DNA of 43,087 nt from a bacterium (GCA_030647485.1 JAUSJT010000004.1:1-43087), one strand, 5' to 3'; numbered from the stretch's first letter, positions 8,616 to 19,500 are shown. Numbers and translations: made by a program. Notes: generated from the letters alone by a model not told the origin.

Positions 8616-8724
8616 ATTATACCCCGGGGCATTTTATACGCTCACCACGGAGGGCTCGCTAAAATGCCCGTTGAAGACAAGCAGTTGTCTTCAACCCCCG
8701 CGGGTCCACTGCCAGGTAAACTAT

Positions 8725-9627
8725 ATGACTACAATTATACAAAGAGAAAATAAAAAGTATCCAAAGCTGTTGGCTCAGATTGGAGACGCGCCAAAGCAGC
8801 TGTATTATAAAGGTACTTGGGATGCTACGATTTTTGAACATTGTCTTGCGGTGGTAGGTACGAGAAAAATGACAACGTATGGCAAGCGCATGACAGAGCA
8901 GCTGGTAGGGGAAATTGCCAGCGCAGGAATCACCATTGTTTCTGGATTCATGTATGGTATTGATGCTGCCGCTCACAAAGCCGCGCTACGGGCTGGCGGT
9001 AGAACCATTGCGGTAATGCCATGTGGTATTGACATGATTCATCCTTCAGACCAAGCAGACCTGTACAAAGAAATTGTAGACATGGGAGGGCTTGTGCTTT
9101 CTGAATACGAAGGGAATTTTCAGCCTTTACTCTGGACATATCCAAAGCGAAACCGCATTGTGGCAGGCCTTTCTCAAGCAACGCTTGTGGTAGAGGCGGG
9201 AGAAAAATCTGGTTCTCTGATTACTGCACATTTTGCCAAGAAATACAGAAGAAAACTTTTTGTGGTGCCAGGCCCACTTACCAGCAGCGTATCAGTCGGA
9301 ATTATGCAGCTTATCAAAGAAGGGGCAGAAGTGGTTGGCGGCGCAAAAGATGTGCTGGATTTTTATCGCTCGAATCTTGGATTTTCTTTGCGCTTTATCC
9401 CGCCAGCTGGCGGGAGCCCTACGCGTCTGCAGAAAACCCAAGATCCTCGCTCTCTTTCTACTCTCGAAGAAAAAGTTCTAGAGGAGTTGCGAGCGGAGCC
9501 AAAAGAAGTTGACGAATTGGCTCGTTTGTTTGGCGCTTCAGCTGCTCACATTGGAAGCGTTCTCTCTTTTCTTGAATTATCTGGTGCGATAACAAATGAA
9601 AATGGAAAGTACGGTATCATTTCCTAA
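8725..9627 (+). CDS. dprA: DNA-processing protein DprA
   Basis: LAVVGTR, IVSGFMYGIDAAAH, RNRIVAGLS, VVEAGEKSGSLITA; C-terminal winged helix. Start reassigned to ATG 8725. Confidence 0.93.
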   Translation: MTTIIQRENKKYPKLLAQIGDAPKQLYYKGTWDATIFEHCLAVVGTRKMTTYGKRMTEQLVGEIASAGITIVSGFMYGIDAAAHKAALRAGGRTIAVMPCGIDMIHPSDQADLYKEIVDMGGLVLSEYEGNFQPLLWTYPKRNRIVAGLSQATLVVEAGEKSGSLITAHFAKKYRRKLFVVPGPLTSSVSVGIMQLIKEGAEVVGGAKDVLDFYRSNLGFSLRFIPPAGGSPTRLQKTQDPRSLSTLEEKVLEELRAEPKEVDELARLFGASAAHIGSVLSFLELSGAITNENGKYGIIS

Positions 9628-11159
9628 TGCTTATTAAAGTTTCATCTGCGGCAAATTCCGGTTTGGAAGCAATAGGAGTAGATGTTGAAGTAAGCGTTTC
9701 AAACAGGGGACTGCCCGGTTTTGACATTGTTGGCTTGGCGGGCAAAGCGGTAGAAGAAAGCAAGGAGCGCGTACGAGCTGCGATTGGCAACTCGCGCATG
9801 GAATTTCCACAGCGAAAAATCACGGTAAATCTTGCGCCGGCAGATATTCTTAAGGAGGGCTCTTTTTACGATTTGCCCATTGCCGTTGGCATTATGGCTT
9901 CTGTTCTTCAATACGAAGTTCCTAAAGACAGTTTATTTTTTGGAGAGCTTTCGCTCGACGGCTCTTTGCGCCACACCAGGGGAGCGGTGCTTATGGCGTT
10001 TTTTGCAAAAGAGCAGGGGCTGAAAAACATTTTTGTACCGTTTCCATCGGCAAATGAAGCGGCAATTATCAAGGGCGTTCATGTATATGCAGTAGAAAAT
10101 CTTTCACAATTGGCTGGGTTTTTATTAGGTAAAGTTGTATTGCAGCCCATCGTGTATGAGGAGCACGTTGAACACATTGAAGATATAGAGTTTGATATGG
10201 CAGAGGTGCTTGGCCAGGAGTATGCCAAACGAGCCATAGAAATTGCAGCTGCCGGAGGGCATAATATTTTAATGATAGGAAGTCCTGGTTCTGGAAAAAC
10301 TATGCTGGCGCGGGCATTGCCAGGCATTCTGCCGCACCTTAACGAAGAGGAGTCGTTAGAGGTGACAAAATTATATTCTGTTGCAGGGTCTATGCCTCCG
10401 CAAGGTTCGCTTATTACTACGCGTCCGTTTCGTTCTCCGCATCACACTATTTCTCAAATTGGGTTAATCGGCGGAGGTAGTAAGCCCCAGCCAGGCGAAG
10501 TGAGCTTGGCGCACAGGGGGGTACTGTTTTTAGATGAATTTAATGAGTTCCCTCGATCAGTGTTAGAATCTTTGCGCCAGCCCGTAGAAGACGGTGTGCT
10601 CACCATATCAAGAGCCAGAGAGCGGGTAACGTATCCATGCCGCTTTATGCTTGTGGCGTCATCTAACCCTTGCCCTTGCGGTTATTTAGGTCATTCAAAA
10701 AAACCGTGCGTGTGTTCTCCACGAGAAATAAGAAAATACAGAAAACGGGCATCCGGCCCTATTCTTGACCGCATTGATCTTCATGTGGATGTTCCAGAAG
10801 TTGATATTGAGAAATTTGCAGAAAATCAGAGAGCTTCTTCATTGTCCGAGCCGTCGTCTGTTATTCGAGAAAGAATAGCAGCGGTTCGCCGCAAGCAGAC
10901 AATGCGCCTTGAGGGGGAGCACATTTTTACCAACGGGGAGATGAAAAACTCTCACATCAAAAAATACGCGAAACTTTCTAGGGAGGCGGAGTTGATTCTG
11001 ACGAGAGCGGGGTTGCAGTATCAGTTGTCTGCCCGGTCGTACATGAAGTTAATAAAGATTTCACGCACCATAGCAGATTTGGCAGACGCAGAGCATATTG
11101 AGAGGGATCATGCGCTAGAAGCGCTACAGTATCGTCCAAAAACATACGAACTTGACTAA
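9627..11159 (+). CDS. comM: YifB/ComM Mg-chelatase-like AAA+ helicase
   Basis: ITVNLAPAD, GSPGSGKT, PFRSPHH, GEVSLAHRGVLFLDE, NPCPCG, LDRID. Confidence 0.95.
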   Translation: MLIKVSSAANSGLEAIGVDVEVSVSNRGLPGFDIVGLAGKAVEESKERVRAAIGNSRMEFPQRKITVNLAPADILKEGSFYDLPIAVGIMASVLQYEVPKDSLFFGELSLDGSLRHTRGAVLMAFFAKEQGLKNIFVPFPSANEAAIIKGVHVYAVENLSQLAGFLLGKVVLQPIVYEEHVEHIEDIEFDMAEVLGQEYAKRAIEIAAAGGHNILMIGSPGSGKTMLARALPGILPHLNEEESLEVTKLYSVAGSMPPQGSLITTRPFRSPHHTISQIGLIGGGSKPQPGEVSLAHRGVLFLDEFNEFPRSVLESLRQPVEDGVLTISRARERVTYPCRFMLVASSNPCPCGYLGHSKKPCVCSPREIRKYRKRASGPILDRIDLHVDVPEVDIEKFAENQRASSLSEPSSVIRERIAAVRRKQTMRLEGEHIFTNGEMKNSHIKKYAKLSREAELILTRAGLQYQLSARSYMKLIKISRTIADLADAEHIERDHALEALQYRPKTYELD

Positions 11160-11201
11160 AACTAAACCGAGTTTAGTTGTGGAGAACTAAACTCGGTTTA
11201 A
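11160..11201. repeat. Hairpin-linker-hairpin repeat
   Basis: AACTAAAC-CGA-GTTTAGT TGTGGAGAA CTAAAC-TCG-GTTTA. Confidence 0.85.
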
Positions 11202-11208
11202 GCAACAT

Positions 11209-11592
11209 ATGGCGGAACATAATACAATAGGGGAAGAAGGGGAAGAGACTGCTAAGAGGTATTTGGAGAGCAAGGGATATAAAATTATTGCAAGAAATTG
11301 GAAGACTAAACGAGCGGAAATTGACATTATTGCTTGTCTTAACCAGGGGTTTTTGGGGCTAGGCAAGAGCCTGCTTGTCTTTGTAGAGGTGCGGACAAAA
11401 CGTCATGAACAGTACGGCACGCCGGAAGAAACCATTGATTATGAAAAACGCATGAGACTGCGGCGAAACGCAACAGCATATATTCATCGAACAAAATACC
11501 GCGGTCCATACCGTATAGACGCCATTTGTTTGATTATTGGGAGCAACGGACTTCAACGTATAGATCACTACGAAAGTATTGTCGAAACTTAG
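11209..11592 (+). CDS. yraN: YraN family (UPF0102) nuclease
   Basis: GEETAKRYLESKGYKIIARNW...EIDII...LVFVEVRT...RIDAI. Confidence 0.92.
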   Translation: MAEHNTIGEEGEETAKRYLESKGYKIIARNWKTKRAEIDIIACLNQGFLGLGKSLLVFVEVRTKRHEQYGTPEETIDYEKRMRLRRNATAYIHRTKYRGPYRIDAICLIIGSNGLQRIDHYESIVET

Positions 11593-11627
11593 TCTCACTA
11601 AGGTGTGAATAACTTAACCTGGTTAAG
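11588..11627. repeat. Hairpin-linker-hairpin repeat overlapping the yraN stop codon
   Basis: CTTAGT-CTC-ACTAAG G TGTGAATAA CTTAAC-CTG-GTTAAG. Confidence 0.85.
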
Positions 11628-11655
11628 GATATAATGGTATACTGATACATTATAT

Positions 11656-13902
11656 ATGCGCAAGATTCTGAATTTTATTACGAGTATAAGCATTTGGGGA
11701 GTGGTGTTTCTGGTTCCTCTAGCTTTTTCCCCATGGACCTTTGAGGCGTTTGAGTTCAACAAGCTGTACCTTCTTTTCTTTCTGGTTCTTATAGGAACCA
11801 TTGCGTGGTTGGCAAAGATGGTGTTCGTGGACCGGGAGATACGACTCAAGAGAACTCCCTTGGATATTCCAATCATTCTTTTTGCAACCCTGGCGAATAT
11901 CTCGTCATTCTTCTCTTCTGACCGCTGGTCTTCTATGTTTGGGTATTATGGGAGGTTCTCTGACAGCGCAATGGCCTTGGGAAGCTTTGTGGGCCTTTAC
12001 TTCTTGATTATCAATACCGTAGAAAAGCCCCAGCGCCTTCTTAACTGGTTTTTGGGAGCTGTGGCTATTGTTATTGCTACAAGCTATCTCTCTTTGTTCC
12101 AGGTATGGCAGCAGTTTTCCGTCTCTGTGTGGCCGATGATAAAGCAGGTAGGATTTAACCCTGTTTCAGCAAGTCTGGAAGGATTCTCGGTTTTTCTTGC
12201 AGCCATTGCGGCTTTTTTGGCTTTTCAGAGCGTAAAACCAGAGGTACGGGTTTTTTCTAGGATAGGGTATGGAGTGCTTGCCTTGGGGGGCTTGGGGATT
12301 TTGCTTTTGGCAGATATCTCAAAAGCGTGGGTTGTGCTATTGCTTGGTCTCTTGTTCGCGCTTGTAGCCGGCTTCATGGTTCACTTTCGTGCTAGCAAAA
12401 AAGGAGGGATGTGGAATCTATGGTTTCCTTTCTCGTTATTGCTGTTCGCAGTCGTCTTCCTCTTTTCTCCTGCTTTTGTAAGCACGAGTATCCGCATGCC
12501 AGCAGTTCCTCAAGAACCAATGCTTTCCCAGGAATTATCCTGGAGTATTGCATGGAACACGGCGACAGAGGACATAAAGCATATACTGGTAGGATCTGGT
12601 CCTGGAACCTTTGCCATTGATTTTTCAAAATATCGGCCAGCAGAATTCAATACGGGAGGCCTCTGGCAGACTCGTTTTGACCGATCGCAAAGCCACTGGA
12701 GCGAAATACTCGCTACCACAGGATTTCTCGGCATTCTTTCATATATTCTTTTAATAGGATTTTTCTTGCTGGCTTCTTGGTTGCTGCTTTCTAAAAAGAA
12801 TATGTGGCCGTTCTTGGTAGTACTTCTTTCTCTTCTTGTTTCCCAGTTTGTCTATTATCAGACCTTGAGTCTTGGTCTTGCGTTTTGGCTATTTTTGGCA
12901 TTGGGCGTGTTGTCGTGGGAACGTCCAGTTCAAGAATTCGTGTTTTCTTTGCGCAAGTTCCCGGAGTTTGAGATTGGGGCAAAAGTGCTGTTTTTGGCTG
13001 TTGCTTTGGTGGCAGGAGGAATGTCGTACAATGCCGCGAGATTTTACCTTGCCGATACGCATTATCTCCTAGCGCAGAATACAGGCCGTTCAGGCTCAAA
13101 AGATCCTTCAGGCTCGATGAGAGGAGTAAATATTGCGAGGAGTATTGACCATGGGTTAGAGGCGATACGCCTGAATCCGTATCAGGCAGAGTATAAAATG
13201 TTTGCTAGCCGTTCGTATCTTTCTCGTGCATTGGCGGAATTGCAAAAACCAGAGAGTGAACGCGACCAAGCTGGAATTTCAAGAGACGTGCAGCTTGCCA
13301 TTGCTCATGCCACCAGAGCAACCCAGATGAGCCCAAAAAGGGTGGCAACATGGGAGACTCAGGGTTCTGTGTATCGGGATATCAAGCTTGCAGCCGGAGC
13401 CTTAGAGTGGGGGATCAGTTCTTTTGAAACAGCCATTGTTTTGGAACCCACCAACCCTATACTGCATACTGAATTAGGCAAGCTTTATGCAGCAAACGAA
13501 CAGAACGACAAGGCAAAGGAGCAGTTTGAGAAAGCAGCAGCGCTAAAAGCCGATTACGTGGAGGCGCAGCTGCAGCTTGCCCTTATCTTTGAGAAAGAGA
13601 AGGATGTGCCTGGCGCTATTGCAAAGATAAAAGCTATTGCGCTACAATATCCTTTAGACGCAGAGTCTTTGTTCCAGTTGGGGCGGCTGCAATACAACAA
13701 CGGGCAGGTTCAAGAAGCGGTTTCGCAGTTTGAGCAGGTTCTCTTGTTGGCTCCCGCGAATTCTAATGCTAGATTCGCCTTGGGCGTTGCCTTAGAAAAG
13801 CAGGGGAAGATTGAGCAGGCAGTACAAGAGTTTAAAAGGGTTTTAGAGCTCAACCCCGGGAACGAAGCAGTCCTGCAGAAGTTGCAGGGGCTGGAGAAAT
13901 AG
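11656..13902 (+). CDS. Polytopic membrane protein, O-antigen-ligase-like, with C-terminal TPRs
   Basis: Many TM segments; GSGPGTF...HWSEILATTGFLG motif; TPR repeats at the C-terminus. Confidence 0.7.
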   Translation: MRKILNFITSISIWGVVFLVPLAFSPWTFEAFEFNKLYLLFFLVLIGTIAWLAKMVFVDREIRLKRTPLDIPIILFATLANISSFFSSDRWSSMFGYYGRFSDSAMALGSFVGLYFLIINTVEKPQRLLNWFLGAVAIVIATSYLSLFQVWQQFSVSVWPMIKQVGFNPVSASLEGFSVFLAAIAAFLAFQSVKPEVRVFSRIGYGVLALGGLGILLLADISKAWVVLLLGLLFALVAGFMVHFRASKKGGMWNLWFPFSLLLFAVVFLFSPAFVSTSIRMPAVPQEPMLSQELSWSIAWNTATEDIKHILVGSGPGTFAIDFSKYRPAEFNTGGLWQTRFDRSQSHWSEILATTGFLGILSYILLIGFFLLASWLLLSKKNMWPFLVVLLSLLVSQFVYYQTLSLGLAFWLFLALGVLSWERPVQEFVFSLRKFPEFEIGAKVLFLAVALVAGGMSYNAARFYLADTHYLLAQNTGRSGSKDPSGSMRGVNIARSIDHGLEAIRLNPYQAEYKMFASRSYLSRALAELQKPESERDQAGISRDVQLAIAHATRATQMSPKRVATWETQGSVYRDIKLAAGALEWGISSFETAIVLEPTNPILHTELGKLYAANEQNDKAKEQFEKAAALKADYVEAQLQLALIFEKEKDVPGAIAKIKAIALQYPLDAESLFQLGRLQYNNGQVQEAVSQFEQVLLLAPANSNARFALGVALEKQGKIEQAVQEFKRVLELNPGNEAVLQKLQGLEK

Positions 13903-14062
13903 AATATACTATATGTAGGGAATTCCCCCGACCCCCCACTTTTCACAACCCTCGGTTTTGAATAATTTCCTACACGGGGGCATTCCAAAATTTCTTTGAG
14001 AAATTTTCAGTGCAACGTCGTTACTAATGCATTTATAATTAACTCATTAATTCACGCCCACT

Positions 14063-16393
14063 ATGCAGTCAGCAAATCTTTTAGAGGGGGTTCGCAAGGT
14101 CAGTCTATATCTCGTTCTTTTACTCATTCCACTGTGGTTCCTGCCCTTGACCCAGGATCCGCTCGTGTACCAAAAACAAGCTCTTTTAATTGTTTTGGTT
14201 TTTCTTGCGTTACTGTCCTGGCTGGGCCGTGCGGTCCAGCAAGGAGAGGTATCGTTCCGAGTGACATGGCTTTATCTTCCTATAGCCCTGGTTGTTGGCG
14301 CAGTAGGGGCTTCCACGATGTTTTCTTTGTGGCGGTATGGAAGTTTCTGGGGCTTTCCCCTTAACGTTGCAGACAGTTTTCTTACCATTGCGTTTTTCGC
14401 GCTCTTGTCTGTGGTGATTATGAATAGCGTGGAGCGGGTGGCTCAGCTTGCAAAGCCCCTATTTCTTCTCTTGGTTTCAGGAGCGGTTGCGGGTATATTT
14501 GCGCTTTTGCAGGCATACGGCGTGTTCTTGGTGCCTGCGGCTTTTGCAAAAGCAGCAACCTTCAATACCGTGGGAGCCATGAATAGCGTTGCTATTCTTT
14601 CTGCGGCGCTCTTGCCATTAGCTCTTGCGCTTGCGGTAGGCGCCCAGTCTTTGAAAAAGTGGGTCTTATGGGGAACCGTTGCGGCATTCTTTGCCGTTCT
14701 GGCAGTTATCAACTTCTTTGATGCCTGGGTTGCCTTGGCAGTCGGGCTCTTGATTTTGCTTGCTTTTGGCATGTGGAATTTGAAAAAGCAAGCGCAGTCA
14801 GGATGGGTTTCAGTTCCCATGGCGCTTATCATTGTTGCTTTGTTCTTCACCATGTTCAGATTCTCTTTACCAGGTTCTCCCCAGATGCCCGTGGAGGTAA
14901 GCCCAAGCATGCAGGGGGAGTGGGGAATTGCCAAAGAAGTGTTAAAAGAGCGTGCCATTACAGGATCTGGTCCCGGCACCTTTGTATTTGATTACGCAAA
15001 GTATCGCCCCGAGTCCTTGAATCAGACCGTATTTTGGGGGACGAGATTCTCAAGTGGAGCTTCAGAGATATTGGGATGGCTTTCCCAAAAGGGCATTCTT
15101 GGGGTTCTCTCTCTTATCTTCCTTATAGCCGCCTCGGTATTCCTGGGCGTGAAGGCGCTTTTGCGCTCTTCACAAGATAGTTCTTCCTGGATGATAGGCC
15201 TGGGGCTGTTGGCATCCTTTGGAGCAACGATTGCCGCATTTGTCTTGTATCCTTCTACGCTTGTTCTTTCTTTCGTATTCTGGGTGCTTGTAGGAGGGCT
15301 TGGGGTGTTTGTAGCCGAGAATGTTAAAAAGGTTCAAGTTGCTTCCCAATCTGTTGTTGCTTTAGGTTCCTCATTTGCATTCTTGCTCGTGTTAATATTC
15401 GGTCTTGGCCTTTTGTTTGTAGGGGGACAAAAGTATATTGCAGAAGCAAAGTATCTCCAGGGAGTACGGGCTTCACAGCAGGGAAACATACAGGGGGCAA
15501 TTGAAGGTGTGGCTGGTGCCGCGACCTTGAACCCTTCGGTGGATTTGTATTGGAGAGATCTTTCCCAGTTGTATCTTTCAAGGCTTAACGAAATAAGCCA
15601 GGATGCGTCATTGTCTCAAGATCAAAAGCGCGAGCAGAGCCAGGCTGTCATACAGAACGCAGTGAATGCAGTCCAGAAGGCGGCAGCGGCAGCTCCCGCA
15701 AACATCGCAAACTGGAATGTGCAGGGATTCGTGTACCGCAGTCTTATTGGAGTTCCCGGGGCTGATACTCTTGCATTTGCTGCGTATGAGAAGGCAAAGG
15801 AGTTGGAACCATCGTCTCCTTTCAGCTGGACTGAATTGGGAAGGGTGTATATTCTTCAGGCTCAAAGCTTGACAAGCCAGAAGGGGAAAGAGGTAGAGCG
15901 CGAGACCGCATTGGCCAAAGCATTGGAGAATCTTCAGAGAGCAATTGAGTTGAAAGCGGATTATGCTCCAGCCCATTTCTTGACTGCGGCGGTATATGAG
16001 CAGCAAGGGAAAGAAGACGAAGCCATTGCAAAGCTGGAAGAAACCAAGCAGGTTGCTCCAAACGACACAGGCTTGGCATTCCAGTTGGGTACCGTGTATT
16101 GGCAAAAGAAAGACTTAGACAAGGCCCAGGCAGAGTTGGAGCGCGCCATCTCGCTTAATGCAAACTACTCTAATGCCAGGTATATTCTTGGCTTGGTGTT
16201 TGACGCAAAGAAAGATAAGGCAAAGGCATTGGAACAGTTCAATAAAATCGCAGAGCTGAATCCTGACAACGAGGAAGTAAAGAAAATTATTGCAAATATT
16301 GAAGCAGGGAAGGCGCCTCTGGATGGCATTCAGGTAAGCCAGCCCCCTGTGCCAGAAGCGCCCCCCGAGATCCAGAAAGAGGAAGGAAGGTAA
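14063..16393 (+). CDS. Paralogous O-antigen-ligase-like/TPR membrane protein
   Basis: Same layout; GSGPGTFVFDYAKYRP motif shared with the upstream gene. Confidence 0.7.
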   Translation: MQSANLLEGVRKVSLYLVLLLIPLWFLPLTQDPLVYQKQALLIVLVFLALLSWLGRAVQQGEVSFRVTWLYLPIALVVGAVGASTMFSLWRYGSFWGFPLNVADSFLTIAFFALLSVVIMNSVERVAQLAKPLFLLLVSGAVAGIFALLQAYGVFLVPAAFAKAATFNTVGAMNSVAILSAALLPLALALAVGAQSLKKWVLWGTVAAFFAVLAVINFFDAWVALAVGLLILLAFGMWNLKKQAQSGWVSVPMALIIVALFFTMFRFSLPGSPQMPVEVSPSMQGEWGIAKEVLKERAITGSGPGTFVFDYAKYRPESLNQTVFWGTRFSSGASEILGWLSQKGILGVLSLIFLIAASVFLGVKALLRSSQDSSSWMIGLGLLASFGATIAAFVLYPSTLVLSFVFWVLVGGLGVFVAENVKKVQVASQSVVALGSSFAFLLVLIFGLGLLFVGGQKYIAEAKYLQGVRASQQGNIQGAIEGVAGAATLNPSVDLYWRDLSQLYLSRLNEISQDASLSQDQKREQSQAVIQNAVNAVQKAAAAAPANIANWNVQGFVYRSLIGVPGADTLAFAAYEKAKELEPSSPFSWTELGRVYILQAQSLTSQKGKEVERETALAKALENLQRAIELKADYAPAHFLTAAVYEQQGKEDEAIAKLEETKQVAPNDTGLAFQLGTVYWQKKDLDKAQAELERAISLNANYSNARYILGLVFDAKKDKAKALEQFNKIAELNPDNEEVKKIIANIEAGKAPLDGIQVSQPPVPEAPPEIQKEEGR

Positions 16394-16431
16394 GGGAGTT
16401 GACACTTCACCTTTGAAAAAAAAGTGAAGGG

Positions 16432-16460
16432 TTGACAAGAAATCCTTGCCGCTGTATACT
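16432..16460 (+). promoter_or_regulatory. rpoBC promoter
   Basis: TTGACA-17 nt-TATACT. Confidence 0.7.
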
Positions 16461-16579
16461 AGGGTTTAGCTTAAATTACTCCCGATTTATTACCTTGCAT
16501 TATCTTCCTTTGCAACGGAATTAAGGCAGTGGATTCATTCACCCTTTTTGGGATTCAAAAGGGTATTTTATATTGAAGA

Positions 16580-19500
16580 ATGACCCAACCTCTCTACATC
16601 AAGAGTTTTAGCAAGGCAAAAGTTCATCTTGATTTTCCCTATCTTGTGGAAATCCAGCATGACAGCTGGAAGCGTTTCTGGAAACAAGACTTCAAGGAAC
16701 TTTTGCAAGAGCTTTCTCCTATACGTGATTACACGAAAAAGGAGTTTGAGCTTTGGTTTCTTGATTTCAAGCTTGGCGAGCAGAATTACAAGACAGATCT
16801 TGCCGCAAAAGAGAACGACGATTCCTTTGAGGCGCCCTTGAGGATTAAGGTCCGTCTCATCAATACAAAAACAAAAGAAATTAAAGAGCAGGAAGTGTTC
16901 CTTGCTGATTTTCCTTTGATGACAGAACGAGGCACTTTCATTATCAACGGGGTGGAGCGCGTCGCCATTTCCCAGCTCATCCGTTCTCCTGGAGCGTTCT
17001 TTACATCCCAGGTGGCACGGGCAAAGAAACTGTTTGGAGCGAAAATAATCCCAAACCGTGGCGCATGGCTGGAATTAGAAACTGAACCCTCCGGTTTTAT
17101 TGCAATTCGTATTGACCGAAAGAGAAAGGCTCCGGTCACTACGCTCTTGCGAGCTTTGGGGGTTCAGACAGAGGAAGAAATGTTGGCATTATTCAAGGAC
17201 GTAGACACGGGTGAAACCAAATACATTGAAGAGACCTTAAAGAAAGATTCTGCCAAGAACCAACAAGAGGCTTTAGTTGAGATTTACAGAAGATTGAGGC
17301 CGGGAGACTATGTTACTCCAGATACCGCAAAGGAACTTATATGGAACATGTTCTTTAACTTTGAACGGTATGATCTTTCTAGGGTGGGGAGGTGGAAAAC
17401 GCTTCAGCGTTTGCCTCAACTTCAGCCAAAGAACAAAACTCCCGAAGGGGAATATAGTATTGAAGACAGGGTGTTAAAACTCCAAGATGTGGTGGAAGTG
17501 GTGAGAGAGATAATCCGGTTGAATAACACTCCAGGAGCTTTGCCTGACCAAATAGATCATTTGGGGAACAGAAGAGTAAGGACATTCGCAGAGTTTTTGC
17601 AAAACAGGCTGCGCGTAGGATTCATGCGTATGGAACGCATCATCAAAGACCGCATGTCTACGTTAGACCCTTCTACCATTACTCCGGCCCAGCTGGTGAA
17701 CCCGCGGCCTGTCATGGCAATGATAAAGGAGTTCTTCACGTCTTCTCAAATCACACAGTTCATGGACAACGAGAACCCGTTAGCAGAGCTAGAGCACAAG
17801 AGGCGGGTGTCAGCCACTGGACCCGGGGGACTGACGAGAGAGAGGGCAGGGTTCGAGGTACGAGACGTGCAGCCTTCCCACTATGGAAGGATTTGCCCTA
17901 TTCAAACCCCAGAAGGCCCCAACATTGGCTTGGTGGGGCATTTGGCGTCGTTCGCAAAGATTAATTCGTATGGGTTTATTGAAACCCCGTACTTTAAAGT
18001 AGAAAAAGGGAAAGTGACCGACAAAGTTGAATATCTCAATGCATTTGAGGAAGAGCGGCACACCATTGCTCATGCAGGAGTTCTTCTAGACGACCATGGA
18101 AAGATTATTGCAGACAAGGTTGGGGCAAGAATCCACGGGGAGCCTGGCACTGCGTCAAGAGACCAGGTTGACTATATTGACGTATCTCCTAATCAATCCA
18201 TATCCGTGGGTACGGCCTTGATTCCGTTTTTGCGGAACGATGACGCGAACCGCGCGCTCATGGGCTCTAATATGCAGCGCCAAGCAGTCCCCTTAGTAAA
18301 GCCAGAGGCTCCATACGTTGGCACTGGATTGGAAGAGATTGTTGCCAAAGACTCGGGCCTTGCCATTGTGGCTAAAGAAGATGGCGTGGTCCTTGCGGTA
18401 GACGCTAGGCATATTGTTATCACGCCCCAAAAAGCAGGGGGGAAAGCGCACGAGTATGAGTTAAAGAACTTTGTGCGAACGAACCAGTATACTTCTTTCC
18501 ATCAAAAACCCATTGTTGCAAAAGGAGAAAAAGTGAAGACAGGGCAGGTCATAGCAGACGGAGGGGGAATCGATCATGGGCGTCTTGCCCTGGGACGCAA
18601 CCTGCTGGTCGCATTCGTGCCATGGCGGGGAGGGAACTACGAAGACGCCATTATTCTTTCAGAGCGTCTGGTCAAGGAGGACGCGTACACCTCCATTCAT
18701 TTGGAAGACTTTACGTGCGACGTGAGGGAAACCAAGCTAGGCCCGGAAGTCACCACAGGAGACATCCCCAACGTGGGAGAAGAAAAGCTCAAGGACTTAG
18801 ATGAGGAAGGCGTGGTGCGCATAGGAGCCCAAGTCCGACCTAACGATATTCTCGTAGGAAAGATTTCTCCAAAGGGAGAAGCAGACCTCACGTCAGAAGA
18901 GAGGTTGCTTCGCGCTATATTCGGAGAAAAAGCCAGGGATGTGAAAGACAGCTCCCTGAATATGCCCCATGGTAAAAGAGGGAGAGTGGTGAACGTGCGA
19001 GTCTTTACCAGGGAAGAGGGCCATAAACTGGATCCCGGCGTTATGAAGAGAATTCACGTGGAGGTAGCCGAGATAAGAAGGATTCAGCCTGGAGACAAGC
19101 TAGCTGGCCGCCACGGAAACAAAGGGGTGGTGTCTTTGGTGCTTCCGGAAGAAGATATGCCGTTCATGGAAGACGGCACTCCGGTTGATATCATATTGAA
19201 TCCTTTGGGAGTTGCGTCTCGTATGAATATAGGGCAGATTTTAGAGACTCACTTGGGATGGGCCGCCAAAAAGCTCGGATATTTGGCAGTTACCCCTGGA
19301 CTGGCAGGAGCGACAGAAGAAGATATTAAGGTGGAACTGAAGAAAGCCGGTCTTCCAGAAGACGGAAAGGTTGTTTTGTACGATGGAAGAGACGGCAAGG
19401 TGTTCCCCCAGAGAATAACGGTAGGCATCATATACATGATGAAGCTTATACATATGGTGGAGGATAAGATACACATGAGGTCTATTGGGCCGTACTCTTT

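Noticed and set aside
8688-8714. tmRNA/tRNA 3' end or att site (TTCAACCCCCGCGGGTCCAC)
   Set aside because: No matching 5' acceptor strand, no proper T arm or CCA, and no integrase nearby.
8527-8724. Long N-terminal extensions of DprA (also transposase 2, pilin, RecA, OppA, protease)
   Set aside because: They run through hairpins or neighbouring genes; downstream ATGs match family starts.
11331-11381. Repeat-derived insert in yraN (TGCTTGTCTT twice, LNQGFLGLG)
   Set aside because: Spacing of 41 nt is not frame-neutral and the hairpin is weak; may be an ordinary loop.
13089-13115. TTCAGGCTC direct repeat in the first TPR gene
   Set aside because: Only 9 nt with no palindrome; insufficient evidence for an element.
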